Origin: Sminthopsis crassicaudata
Lineage: Eukaryota
Length of the DNA stretch: 64,000 nt
NCBI RefSeq assembly: GCF_048593235.1
Contig: NC_133618.1
Coordinates: 537,884,465-537,948,464 of the forward strand
Reading direction: 5' to 3'
The translations under genes and the position numbers were made by a program. The notes under the pieces are model-generated. The model ran no database searches and was not told the origin of the DNA. It saw only the letters and a program-made list of their open reading frames with translations. Below are positions 36,577 to 49,219 of this stretch, in pieces. Every line of letters starts with the position of its first letter. Within the stretch, counting starts at the first letter, position 1.

Positions 36577-37180
36577 AAAACATGTGCATAGATAATTTTC
36601 AACATTCACCTTTGTAGTAAGTACCCTTGTGTTCCAATTTTTTCCTCCCTTTTTTCCCTCTACTTCCTCCCCTACAGGCAATTAATCCAATATGTTAAAT
36701 TAAACATGTGCAGTTCTTCTATACATATTTCCACAATTGTTATGTTGCACAAGAAAAATTAGATCAAAAAGGAAAAAAATTAGAAAGAAAACAAAATGCA
36801 AGCAAACAACAACAACAAAAGTGAAAATTCTGTTATGATTCACACACAGTTCCCACAGCCATCCCACAGATGGCTCTCTCCATTACAACACTACTGGAAC
36901 TGGCCTGAATCACCTGACTGTTGAAAACAGCCATTTCCATCACAATGAATCACTGTATAATCTTGCTGTTGCTTGGTTCTGCTCACTTCACTTAACATCA
37001 GTTCATGTAAGTTTCTCCAGGCCTCTCTGAAATCATTGTGCTGATTGTTTCTTTCAATATTCCATAACATAGCTGTGGCACCTATTCCATAACATTTATA
37101 TACCATAACTTATTCAGCCACTCTCCAAGAGATGGGCATCTACTACAAAAAGGGCTGCTACAAACATTTTTGTACACGCA
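36577..37180 (-). mobile_element. Older L1 3'UTR/ORF2 end, right piece of the split host element
   Basis: Reverse strand reads NDFREAWRNLHELMLSEVSRT, the L1 ORF2 C-terminus; homologous to 17190-17620. Confidence 0.92.
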
Positions 37181-37184
37181 TCAT

Positions 37185-37400
37185 ATAATTTTCTTGTTGC
37201 TGTGTACAGTGTTTTTTTGGTTCTGTACTCTTAGCAACAGCTCATGTAAGTCTTTCCAGGCTTTTCTGAAATCAGCCTGATTATTCTTTTTCTTTTCTTT
37301 TCTTTTTTTGGCCTCGATGTATTTTATTTTATTTTAATTAAAGCTTTTTATTTATGAAACATGCATGCGTAATTTTTCAACAATGACCCTTGCAAAACTT
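37185..37400 (-). mobile_element. Two further short L1 3' fragments
   Basis: TTGTTGCTGTGTACAGTG...CATGTAAGTCTTTCCAGGC and TTAAAGCTTTTTATTTATGAAACATGCATGC. Confidence 0.7.
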
Positions 37401-38640
37401 TCTGTAAGGAACTCACATTCTAATGGTAGACAAAATGTAAAGATCTGCATAAATACAAGATATATACTGGGTGCATTGGGGGCCAGGAAGATGGGATTTT
37501 AGCTGGGCCCTAACAGAATCCAGGTAGCAGAGAAGAGGAGGGACAACATTTTAGGCATGAGAAACAACTAGAGAAAACATATGATTCAGGAGATTGAGTG
37601 TCTTACATGAGGAAGAATAAAGAAGCCAATAATAATATGACATATATATAGGGGAGTAAAGTATAAACAGACTGGAAAGAAAGTAGGGGCCAGAGGATTT
37701 TATATCTGATTGTGGAGGTAATGGGAAGCCACGAGAGTTGACTTAAGAGGGGAGTAACATGGACATACTTATGTCTCAGGAAAACCAATTTGACAGCTGA
37801 GTGGAAGATGGACTAGGATGAGGAGAGAAGAGGAAGGGAGATCAAGCAAAAGACTATTATAATAGTCCAGATGTAAAGTGATAAGAGCCTACACCAGGTT
37901 TGGGGCAGCATCCTAGGAAAGAAAGAGATATATACAAAAGATACCCCAAAGGTGGAAATTTGGTAACAAACTAGATATATAGTGAGTGAATGAGGAGTTG
38001 AGCCCTCAACAAAAACTGGGAGATTAGGAAAGTGGATCCTGGGGTAGGGGCAGGGAAAGATGAATGAGCTGAGTTTTAGAAGGATTGCTTAAGTTGTCTG
38101 TGGGACATCTAATTCACGAAGCTCAATAGGCAGTTGGAGATGTGAGCCTGGAAGTCAGAAGAGGTTAGGGCTGAATAAATTGTTCTGAGAATCATCTTTA
38201 TAGAAGATGATAACTAAACCCATGGAACTGGATGAGATCAGTGAGTTAAACAGAGGAAGAGAAAAGGATCTGGAACAGAGAGTTGAAGGGCCACCTCCAT
38301 TAAGCAAGTGTGACCTGGATGCATATCTAACAAAGAAGACTGAGAAGAAGCAGTCTGCCTGAAAGGTAGGAGAACCAAAAGAGGTTGTGTAGCCAAGAGA
38401 AGAGGTTGGTTGACTGTTAAACATTGCAGAGAAGTCAAAAGGAATGAGGACTAAGAAAAAGTCATTGAATTTGACAACCAAAAGACCACTGGTAAGTTTG
38501 GAAAGAGTAGTTTCAGTAAAGTGATAAGGTTGGAAGCCAAATGACCAAGAATTTAGAAAAGGGTAAGAAGAGAGGAAGTGGAGAGTGACTGCAAGGGATC
38601 TTCTCAAGGAATTTAGCCACAAAACAGAGTAGAGATATTA
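37400..38640 (-). mobile_element. Long L2 LINE fragment (RT region)
   Basis: Purine-rich plus strand. Reverse shows decayed L2 motifs: HFTETTLSKLTSGLL, LIPFDFSAMF (cf. LLDLSAAFD), YKDDSQ (cf. YADDSQ). Confidence 0.85.
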
Positions 38641-39036
38641 CAATGTAGCTAAGCACTTGTGTGGTTGGATAGACCAAGTTGGGGATTTTAAGGTTTTGTT
38701 TTAAGATAAGAATAATTCATTCATTACACTCCTGCCTGAATAATCTTAATAATATATGGCTATGGTTATGTAACAACCTTTGGGGACTCATTTGAAAACC
38801 TAAATTGAATCTTTCTATACAACCAAAATTACTCCTTATATATAAAGGTAGTTACTTTTTCAATATGGATTTTCATATAGTAAGGTTTCGTAAAGCCAGG
38901 CAAATATTTACTTGGTTCATCTATCAGAAATTATTTCAATTATTCAGAACCAGTGGTAAAAATGAAAACAGAAGTAATTTTGCTAGCCTCCTTTCCCTTA
39001 AATTGATCTTTAAACATCAAAATCTGGGTAGGCATT

Positions 39037-39460
39037 TGTTATGGGCCAGAACTCTGAACTTGAAACAAGGAGTCTTACAAGGTGGTAATTCAGTGGAATT
39101 GATGAGACAATGGTTATTTAGTTTAGCACGGTGCTTAACAGTTCTCTAAGTTCATTATGATTGATTTAATCTTACAATAAATAATGGTTTCCTAGTGATA
39201 TAATGATTGTTTTATGCTCAGTGTAGAGCATAGAAGCCTCGGGCCCAGTCAGCTTTCTTAGAGGCCTTCCAGAGTCTTGGTTTCAGTGGAGAAGCTAAGG
39301 AGGACAACCCTGCCACCAAGTTGATATGGGATGGGATGAACAAATCTGAGTCCAAGGGCTTGTGCTTCAGCCTCCAGTCCACTTGTCTTCCCTAGCTCTC
39401 TATCCAAGCTCTGTCAGTCCCCAGGAGAGCCACCAGGAGCCTGACAACACAGCTGTGTTG
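39037..39460. mobile_element. ERV LTR-like fragment(s)
   Basis: Begins TGTTATGGGCCAGAACTCTGAACTTGAAACAAGG, like recalled dasyurid solo LTRs. A second GC-richer LTR-like piece starts ~39240. No clean 3' end or TSD found. Confidence 0.5.
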
Positions 39461-40259
39461 AAATTTCCTCTAATCTCAGTTATTTCCCATTCTTCAGATA
39501 TCATCTATATAAAATACTGTTTAACACAGCTGGTTCTTGCAATATTGGGGTATACCTTATCTTTGAAACACTAATTACAGATGAAAGTCAGAAGCAATGT
39601 TTACTTCAATGATATATGATTTTACTGGTGTTGGTATTCCTTCCATTGCTCTGTCAATAGTATCTCCCCACCTTAATATATCAAATTCATGAGTAGGTAT
39701 GTTTAAAAACAAACAAACAACAACAAAAAAAAACTACTTCGTGCATGCTAACATTAATAAGTCTGTCCCCACTTAGGATGATTTTTGACAAGAGAAACAT
39801 AATCCGTAGCCAGGTATATATTCTTAAAGCCTTTGTAGCTTGGTAGGACCTGCCAAGGTTTACACTCCTCTGATATAGTCCCACAGAAACAGTCATCATC
39901 ATCCCACAATGGAAGAGGACTTTAGAGGATGTCAGAAGTGATAATATGACTTAAATGGATGTGGCATAATTATTCTAGAATATAGGATAAAATAAGAACC
40001 AACAGTTTCAAGTGAATATGTTAAGTCTACTCTAAAAAAAAAAAGACAATGGAACATGAATCACAAAGGTCCTATAGACTTCAAGTAGCATGAAGTGAAA
40101 ATTCCATGAATGAACTAAAAATGTTGGTTTACACTGGGACTATTTAAGGGTTTCTGATTTCAGTTCATTATGGCCATATTTCCTCTTCTCCCCCCTCCCT
40201 TTTAGACACAGATGAATAGTCTATTTCTGGGTGGAATTCTTAGAATCACAAAAGCTCCT

Positions 40260-40400
40260 AGAACAGTACCAACTTAGAGCTGGAACAAACCATTGAGTTC
40301 TACTCTCATTTTTCAGATGAAGAAACTGAGGCCCAAGGAAGTGAAATGACTTGTGTAAGATCCAATGAGTGAGTACCAGAACGTGGACTTTGTAATTTTA
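40260..40400 (-). mobile_element. MIR fragment
   Basis: CTCATTTTTCAGATGAAGAAACTGAGGCCCAAGGAAGTGAAATGACTTG. Confidence 0.75.
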
Positions 40401-40929
40401 GCCTAATCCTTTTTTTTTTTTTTAAACAACATCCTATTTTCATGTGAATACATATACTTTTGTAGTTTTTTTTTTCTTTCCAAATTCCATTGCTATGCAA
40501 CATTACTTTTAAACAGATGTGGAAGTCTAATTTCTAATTTGAGTGTTCAATGCATTTATAAACCCAATGTATGATTAGTTCATCTGGTTTGATCACAAAG
40601 ACAACAGGACCAAAGCTACTGGCCCCAAGAGCCAGTGAGTTTCAGTCAGTTCCATGGATCATGCCTAGTCAGTCACCTTACAGAAACATGCTAATGGTGA
40701 CAAAAGGTACCCAGCTTGAGTGGATGGATGTATCTGAAATGTCAAATAGACAGAAAGCTGACTAAAGTGACATCTCCTGGAAGGAGAAGATCATCTCACA
40801 TTTGGTTCATAATATAATAATAATAATAATTAATAATAATAATTAATGTTCATAATATAAAATGAAAAAATATATGCCACATCCATTTGGTAAATGCTCA
40901 TAATATTATGAGCAATCCTTTATGCTTTT

Positions 40930-41200
40930 CCATGCCTGGCATTCTCTCTCTCTCTCTCTCTCCTTATCTCTATTCTCAGAATATTTAGCTTCCTTTAAAG
41001 CTGAGATGCTACCATCTCTATCAACTCTTTCCTTTTTCTCTAATTCTTAGAACTTTCTCATTCTCCTACTCAAACCATCTTATACTTATATGTGTATACA
41101 TTAGGTCACTTTCATAAAACATCACCTACTTTTTTAAGTCTTTGTGTCTCAGTGCCTATCATAGTACTTTACATACAATAGGTGTTAAATAAATATATGC
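40930..41200 (+). mobile_element. L2 3' end with (CT)n
   Basis: CCATGCCTGGCATTCTCTC... and CAGTGCCTATCATAGTACTTTACATACAATAGGTGTTAAATAAAT. Confidence 0.65.
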
Positions 41201-41264
41201 TAAATTTAATTGAAGTCACATGATAGACATGAAATAAACATTCTAAATAAAAAGACTATATTAA

Positions 41265-41820
41265 TATCAATCATTCATATTGTGCTTTAAAATTTACAGA
41301 ACATTTTATAGATATCTTTTTATTTTATCCTCACAACCACCTTGGAAGGTAAGTGCTATTATAATCTCCATTTTACAGTTGAGGAAACAGAAGCAGAGAG
41401 AAGGTAAGTGATTTGCCCAGAGTCATACAGTAACTGAAGCCTGTAGTTCACATATGCTTTGACAATCAAATCCACGATTCTCCAAGAGCTTCCCCAGCTG
41501 TGGATCACAGTATCTGAAGGAGTTGCAGGGCAACTTTTGCTGACACAGGTGTTGAGGACTGGGAATGAGATAAATTGGAGGCAGAGGGAAGAGGAAAGTG
41601 GTCAGACAATGCAATGGCCTCTCATTCAGAGAGGTCAAAAAATAGCAACTGCTTCTCAGTCTCCTTGTCATCCTCTCACAAGAGGAGATTCATTCTGTAG
41701 GTCTGGGTTGGATCTCCAGCAGTCACTGTCAGGTGGCTCCTGTGTATTCCAACAAAAGCCAAATTTGAACTCAAGTCTTTCTGCCCCTAAGTCCAGCACT
41801 CCACCTACTATGTCACCTAA
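41265..41820 (-). mobile_element. MIR/Mar CORE-SINE split by a ~290-bp GC-richer unassigned insert (~41455-41745)
   Basis: CORE ATTTTACAGTTGAGGAAACAGAAGC at ~41370; head TTTGAACTCAAGTC...CCAGCACT resumes at ~41760. Confidence 0.6.
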
Positions 41821-42844
41821 TTGATTCTCTTATTACTGTTTTTATTTATTTGAAACAAATCACTTAATTTTAAAGAAAAGAAATTAATTACGATTATAAT
41901 CTTATTGCAAGTTTAGATTTTATATTCCTGAGTACAAATTTTAGAGAAGGCTTCCATTATAGACTGGTGGATCTGAGATGTTTTTGGTGTGAGGGCTCCC
42001 TTCATTTCAGTAAGTAGAAACTGCTCTCACTTTTTTATGTTATATAAAATTCTTTTTCAATCCTTTTCATAAATTCAGTATGGTAGATCTAGCTTGGGTT
42101 AGATATCTTAGCCTGTTTTTTTTTTAATATTAAAAAATAAAACAAAAGTAAATATAGAAAACAAAGGATAAAATCTTATCCATTAATGAATGTTTAGCAA
42201 AAGCCAAATGATAAGAAAAGTGCATTTATGCCTTGTCCATTCCAAGTTTTCTCAAAGTTCTATCACTTTTGGTCCTGTTTTTCTTCTCTCCTTGCTTGCC
42301 TTTTCTTTTTAGAACACAGAACTATATCCCTGTGTAGATCATTCTGGTTCTGTTGACTTTATTTGCTTTATATACCATCAAATAAGCTTTTCCATCTATC
42401 CTTTCACTATTTTGAAACCTCAGAGGCATCAATTTTTGGACTATTTTCCACTCTGCTGATTTTCCTTCTTTTTAATTGATGATTATCCTTTCTTTTCCAA
42501 TCTAACACTTCTGTGATGAGATCTCCTAAGTTACTTCTGCATGTCATTACTGACAATATACTGCAACTTCCTTTAATCCACCATGGCTCTTTTGATTATC
42601 CTTTGGGTTACTTGTAATTCTGAAATCATGGTGTTTTGTAATTTATAGTCAAATAACAGGAGCATATTAGTATGTTAAGAAAGAGCTTTTGCAACAGCAA
42701 GCATTAGATATCACTGAAAGCACCTGGCAATTTTCTAAATGCAATCCAATTTTATCTCTTCCCAGGAAATCGTGTCTATCTCATTGTCACTGAGAAGTCT
42801 CTCTAAATATCTATCTTCTAAAATGTTAACAGATTATGTATTAC

Positions 42845-42915
42845 AGTCTGGTCAATATGCATTTTTCATCCATTTTGGCTTTTCAAGTATGGATGGTTAA
42901 ACCAATCTCCTTTGC
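42845..42915 (-). mobile_element. Small RTE fragment
   Basis: AATATGCATTTTTCATCC...GGATGGTTAAACCAATCTCCTTTG is similar to 11785-11840. Confidence 0.55.
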
Positions 42916-43419
42916 ACTGGAGGAATTCAATGAAATTGGAATTCAATTTCCAATTGGATTGGAATTCAATGAAAAGACCTTAAATGTATTCAAGAATTCA
43001 ATGCAATTAAATTATCAGTTATAAAGAGAAGCATTTTGGAGAAACTCACTACCAATATAAATCCTTCATTCTGAATGTACAGGACACTTAACAAGTCACT
43101 AGCAACTGCCTTATATAAGCATATCTCTTTTTCTTTTAAGCTTAGTTAAAATTCAGTAGGTGGCTGAAAATTTTATTAGTTATCATATCTATCAAAGTCA
43201 TATGTAATTTTAGCATGTGCATAGGAAATATTTTATTTGAGGTGGTCCTTCAAGGCTTCACTTTACTGAGTTAAGTACTTTGGAAATATACATAAATAAA
43301 AGAGTAGATCTTAAGTGTTCTCTGAAGAAATTATGTATATATAAATGTGTAGAGCTATAGAAAACTGTTAAAGCTTGTTTCTTAATCATTTTTCAATTGA
43401 GTATATTTTATGCCCATGA

Positions 43420-43720
43420 TTATCATTTAAATAAAATCAACTTAAATATTAAATATGTTTATTTAATGTTTGCTATGTGCCATAGATATAGAGATAAAAA
43501 GAGAGATTAGCCAGGTTTTTGCCCTCTAAAAGTTTCCAATCTAGTAGGAGACATAAGACATAAAGAAAAATACAACGCAGAATTAAGCATGATAAATAGT
43601 AAAAGTCACAAACAAATGTTATGAACATTCAGAAAAGGAAGAAATTAATTTTGACTGGACGATCTCAGAAAAGATTTTGTGGATGAAATAGCATATAAGT
43701 GAGGCCCTGTAAAAACAGGT
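43420..43720 (-). mobile_element. L2 fragment
   Basis: TTTATTTAATGTTTGCTATGTGCC...CAATCTAGTAGGAGACATAAGAC. Confidence 0.6.
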
Positions 43721-44296
43721 AATGAAAAAAATCACAAAAGACCATGGAGGAGTATGTTAAATATTCAATGAAAAGTATTTGAAGAGAGAAAACATTAAAT
43801 GTTAAAAAATGGAACTGAAGAATTTAGATCTTTTAATAAGATTCTAAGCATGACTCAGATTTATGTTGCCACCATGTAGCTTGTTGCATAAGACACATTA
43901 AATATATGGTTCTAAGACATTTAATTTTCGATAGCTAACATGGCTGAATTTTGTCTTAGAAAACCATATATATAACAATTAAAATACACACCTTAGTATG
44001 ATATCAAATACTGGATCATAAAAAATTCTAGAATGTACTGAGAACATGAAAATGGAGACTTTAATGTATGAAAAAAGATAAGTTTTAATGGGTCAGACAC
44101 TAAACATGTCACTTAACAGACATGTTCAGACTTAAAGATGGTGGAAAAAAACAGTGATTACCTAATTTCATTGGTAAAATGCTGGGAAATCTATATATTG
44201 CCTTGATAGTGAGACTGAAAAAAATACTCCAGAATGGTTATGAGTGAAAAATACAGATGGGAAGAAATAGGGGTAAGGTCCAAAGAAAACTAAATG

Positions 44297-44452
44297 NNNN
44301 NNNNNNNNNNNNNNNNNNNNNNNNNNNNNNNNNNNNNNNNNNNNNNNNNNNNNNNNNNNNNNNNNNNNNNNNNNNNNNNNNNNNNNNNNNNNNNNNNNNN
44401 NNNNNNNNNNNNNNNNNNNNNNNNNNNNNNNNNNNNNNNNNNNNNNNNNNNN
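44297..44452. other. Assembly gap (156 N)
   Basis: Run of N, ~300 bp from a MAP2K5 exon. Confidence 1.
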
Positions 44453-44754
44453 GTCAGTAAAGACAGATTGTATAGAAGAATCAAATATCAAACCACAGAT
44501 TAGACTAGCATTTAATCTGTTCTACTTACATTTTCAATAAAAGTAAAGGAAATTACATTCTGGAAAATATAGCACTGCTAAAAATTTTAACACTAGTAAT
44601 CAAAACCACTAGGTTGATTTTAGGGTAGAAGAAGAGGTAACTATTAATATGTTTTAATTATTTTTAACATCCTCTCAATGGCTATAGCAAATGAACATTT
44701 TAAATTGCAACGTCAATAAAGCTATTTAGGAATGATGCAAAATGTAAAACTCAC

Positions 44755-44836
44755 CATCCATGAATTCTGTACATATTGAAATCCTGTTTTCTACAAAAAA
44801 TGCACCATAAAATCCTATGATATATGATGAATCACA
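44755..44836 (-). CDS. MAP2K5: MAP2K5 coding exon (approx. exon 11), 82 nt, [27 protein letters not shown]+G
   Basis: Reverse complement reads atag|TGT GAT TCA TCA TAT ATC ATA GGA TTT TAT GGT GCA ... TTC ATG GAT G|gtgag. Phase 0-1; matches the MEK5 hinge region. Confidence 0.97.
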
Positions 44837-44932
44837 CTATAAAAGAAATAAGAAAAAAAAGTAGCTTGGTTAAAAAAAAAAAAAGTAATACTGAAAACAT
44901 GTTTAAAAAATGATTACTGGGAAAATGATTAC

Positions 44933-45001
44933 CTTATAAAGAATTTCCAATTCAGACATAATTTGTTTTTGAAGTTCCAGTGTAATATCTAGCAATATCA
45001 C
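44933..45001 (-). CDS. MAP2K5: MAP2K5 coding exon (approx. exon 10), 69 nt, VILLDITLELQKQIMSELEILYK (alphaC helix)
   Basis: Reverse complement reads ttag|GTG ATA TTG CTA GAT ATT ACA CTG GAA CTT CAA AAA CAA ATT ATG TCT GAA TTG GAA ATT CTT TAT AAG|gtaatc. Phase 0-0; a 96-nt intron separates it from the next exon. Confidence 0.97.
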
Positions 45002-45592
45002 CTAAAACAGGGGAAAAAAAGCCAATTATTTCCTGTTTGTCCTCTTTCAAATGAAAACTTGTGTACAACTACTAAAAAATAAAAGAATTTTAAAAAATGA
45101 TTCTCTACCACCATCACCACCTCATCCTTATAACAAACTGCATATACACATCTATCTATTCCTTTGGAGTGGGGGAAGTGGTACAGAAATGATTGATGGG
45201 ATAGGGAAAAAAGCCAGGTCTCCAAGGTCAGCATTAATGGCTTTAAAAGTCAGTTAAGTTATAACACCCTTAATTTATACACCCTATTTTGGCCATATTG
45301 GTTATTTTCAGAGAAGGAAAATAGGAGTGAGTTGTACCTATTAACCCTCAAACCATTAAAAGAGAATGTGTTGTGATTCACACACTGGAAGATAAGCACA
45401 CAGGATGACATATAAATGTCATTTAAAGTTGGTCCTTTGTTTGTAAAAACAAATAAGTCATCCAAATCTTCTTTTTTTTGGGGGGGGGGGGCACAGTTAG
45501 GAGAAAAATATAAAGCTTTGCTTTTACAGTGTGATATGGAAAAGGACCAAAGAAGTTTTAGAACTGGAAAAAACTTTAAAGACTAACTAAAC

Positions 45593-45784
45593 CAGAGGCT
45601 ATTCCCCATTTTTTGTATCATAAAAACCTCTGGCTGTCAACGGAGGTCTGTGGATCCCCTCTCAGAATAATGTTTTTAAAAATACAATATAAAATACATA
45701 AAATTACAAAGGAAATAATATTGTTATATAGTTATCAAAATATCATTTAAGATAAGTTCACAGATCTCATATTAAGAATCCTTG
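45593..45784. mobile_element. hAT-type MITE inserted in a MIR fragment
   Basis: GGATCCCCTCTCAGAATAATGTTTTTAAAAATAC...TTACAAAGGAAA...TTAAGAATCCTTG; related in reverse to 59905-60662. Confidence 0.65.
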
Positions 45785-47983
45785 TTCTACATCAATTCTC
45801 ATTTTATGGATAAAGAAAATAAAGTCCACAGAGATAAAGAAATATGCTCAGTTCACATAACTACTAAGTATAGAACAGAAGTCAGTCTCTAAGCCCTCCC
45901 AGACTTCTATTCCAGGGCTTTTCCCACTACTCTCTGGTGCTTCCAAACATATTAAAAAGTATTCAATTATTATTAATTAAATACATATATATGTTAATAA
46001 AGTAATTAATATTAAAAAATAATTGCAAGGCAATTAAACAAATGAATATAAAATACTTTATTACACAAAGACCTATGTTTAATTTTCTTTAAAAATACTG
46101 TTAGACGTGTAAGGGAGATAGTACACATTGATGAAAGTATATGTCTTCTCAAGCATTTATTATATATAAAAAGATGACCAATTATTTAAATTTTACTTGG
46201 TTCTTCAGTTAAGATTAATGTAAGGACAGTGATTACTCTTTTATATAAAAAGATTTACCTAATGAGAAGAAAAGTGTAGAAAGGCTTTTTTTTTTTTTTT
46301 TTGAATAAAGATTTCTTACTCGAGGCAATCTGGGAAAAGAACTTCAAGTTTAGATTTCCAAAATAACACTAAATGCACTTACTATCCTGCCACACTAGTA
46401 TATACCACCCAATAGTTAAACTTCACTTTATCTTAGAAAAGGAAAGTAAATGTAATCATGTTGTAGAATTAAAAGAACATAAATTATGGACTCCTTCCTG
46501 CTGATAGAACCAAGTGAGGAAAAAAGGGCAATTTCCAAACACATATCTTAGAGTATTGACATCCATCTAAGGTAGAAAAAAAGCAAAAAGCATAACTAGT
46601 TTCTATCAAGAGTTTGCTTTAGGGTTATTTATAAAAGCTCTCACCAAACTAGATTGTAAGTGTAATACAGGTCCTGCCAAGAAACATTTAACACACTTCC
46701 TTCGATCAATAGTCATTTGCCAACAATATTCACTTACATTTTTTCTGACTGTAGAAAACTTAGCAACAAAATAAATTCTTCTAGCACAGTATCAATCTTG
46801 AACTATTATAATATGAAAATATAGAAAGCCTATTTCAGACACAGACTATTTTCTTCTAATAAACTAGGCTTAAATCTTAAGGGTTTCAAAATTCACTTAA
46901 TGCTTAGCATGACTACTATCAAATATAGCATTATCAAGTTATTATCACTTATAATAATTCATTCACATTATGTAAATGCGTCTAGCTTTTTGGAATTAAA
47001 TCAAAATTCACATTACAACTCTAATCTTCATGGTTAGATGTTTTTGAATAGGGAAAATGGATATATTTTACTCTTCCAGCACTATTTCAAATACTAAGAG
47101 GTAAAATGGAAAAAAAAAATCAACCAGAATTCTAATTCTTTCAAGTCTATTTTGCTGATTTAGATTCTATAAATTCAATGTATTTAAGCCTGACATGCTG
47201 GTTTCATGTTATGGTACAAATCTTCTAAATACAAATGTTTATTTTACTTTATTTTTAATCAGCAGTATTCTAGAATTGAGAATTCTTGACTCCACAGTGG
47301 ATAAGAAAGTAGATAACGTCATTTGGAGGATCTAGTACAGGAAAATAAAGTTGATCCTTAAATTATAGTGCTTCTGGGAGATTTATTACTATAGGTGAAG
47401 TTTATTTTCATTATCTCATGTATTCTTGTGAGTGATCATTAAAATGCTAAGATATAAAATCAATTTCTTATTGGATGCAGACCATGAACAAAATATTAAG
47501 CAATTATCAGCAAAATATTAAATTTGTTTAAAGTATCTGAAAAAAAAAAAAAAAAAACAATCTCAAAGGATGGGACAGCTGAGACAAGATTGAAGTGGGT
47601 AACTCTCTCTTTGTACCTCTCATCTGGGGTTAAACAGTCCAAAGAGAAAAGTATTTGAATATTAAGCATTTCACAGACAAAGAGTTAAACCTAAGCATGA
47701 AATACCTGAGTACATTTCTTCTGCTCTCTACTACACCTCCAGGACAAATAAAGATGAGTTGTCAAGTTAAATACAAGCAGTCAAGAGACTGAATTATAAT
47801 TTACTCTGTGCTCAATTTAAATTAGTGTGAGGCTATTAAAATATACAGTATAAATACGGCAATTCATCACAAGCTGTCATGGATGACTTCATTTATTTGC
47901 TAGAGTGGCACACGTTCTACTGAAGAGAAGGAGAGCAAAATCACAGGTCAAATTAAGCTGCTATTCTCTTTTAATTCACTTAT

Positions 47984-48115
47984 NNNNNNNNNNNNNNNNN
48001 NNNNNNNNNNNNNNNNNNNNNNNNNNNNNNNNNNNNNNNNNNNNNNNNNNNNNNNNNNNNNNNNNNNNNNNNNNNNNNNNNNNNNNNNNNNNNNNNNNNN
48101 NNNNNNNNNNNNNNN
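47984..48115. other. Assembly gap (132 N)
   Basis: Run of N. Confidence 1.
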
Positions 48116-49219
48116 CAAAGCAGTCGAAGAATGATAATCAGTGTATGCTACATACTATATACTATGATTTTTTTTTCCCCTTGTAGATGGATTTTTCCCA
48201 ATTAGGGGGAAAAAAAAAAAAAAGCAATACTGGGGAATCCATTAAATCCTCCAAGCATTACCTAGCTGAAAGATTTTTATAGAATACTTTAATGGTGTAA
48301 AAAGGTTTAGTTTGCAAGTTGGATAACAGTATTTTATATGTTTTTCTTGCTCTATTTATTTGCAATTTTCAAGACCACCTATAATAAAAATGGTAGTTAC
48401 TAATAGGTTTCATGAATTATAGTCATTGTCAAGTAATTACCCTGAAGTGCATTTGTGATTAGTATTTCTTTCAGTATGTTTTCTTTAGTGAAAAGATTTC
48501 TAAATTTTATGGCTGCAAAATTAAGGGAACTTTTATTTTTTTTTCCCTGAAATTTAATTTGCTTTACATTCTTAACCCCCCCCCCTTTTTTTTTTTTTTA
48601 CAATGATGAAAACCAGACATTTCATCATTGATTTTTTTTCCCCTGGGTACCCAAAATCACAAATATTTATTGTTGCCTTTGATATCAGTCAATTATGAAA
48701 TTTAATTCAGAAAGGAGAACATTAAACAGGGTTTTAGCCTTTATTAATCTAGTGAGTATGTTAAAGAAGTTACTGTATGTAACATTTGTTAGTATTTTTT
48801 ACATAAAGGGGAAAAAAACTTTTTCTAGGGTTATGTCTAATTGCTCCTGCAGCTATGGATCTAACTGATCATCTCACTTGGGAAAATGAATTTCACTCAT
48901 TCTAGAGAGTCACCAAAGCCCAATAGTTGATTTTTTTGGGGGGGTGGGGGGAGGAAGGACTGATTCATTATTCTTTACAATATACTTTTGTGACACATGG
49001 CATCCTTATTTCACAGTTGAAGTCACTGAGATACAAATGCTATTTTCAAAGTCAAATGAAAAGCCAGAAGTAAACTCAGGAAAAACTAAATGTACTTCAA
49101 ACCCTTCATTTCATCTTGTCTACTAGTAATAATAAATGACAACTGGCTAAGATCAGAGAATCATAAAGTTCACTATTTTGCTGTCAATGATAGTACCTTG
49201 ACACATTTTGGAAGTTGGT

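Noticed and set aside
38805-39149. 114-aa plus-strand ORF
   Set aside because: Non-ATG start, no recognisable domain, runs into an LTR-like sequence.
41459-41824. 121-aa plus-strand ORF
   Set aside because: Non-ATG start; spans an unassigned insert and MIR sequence; no protein similarity recognised.
44168-44503. ORFs with long X runs (also 47905-48186)
   Set aside because: Artefacts of translating N gaps.
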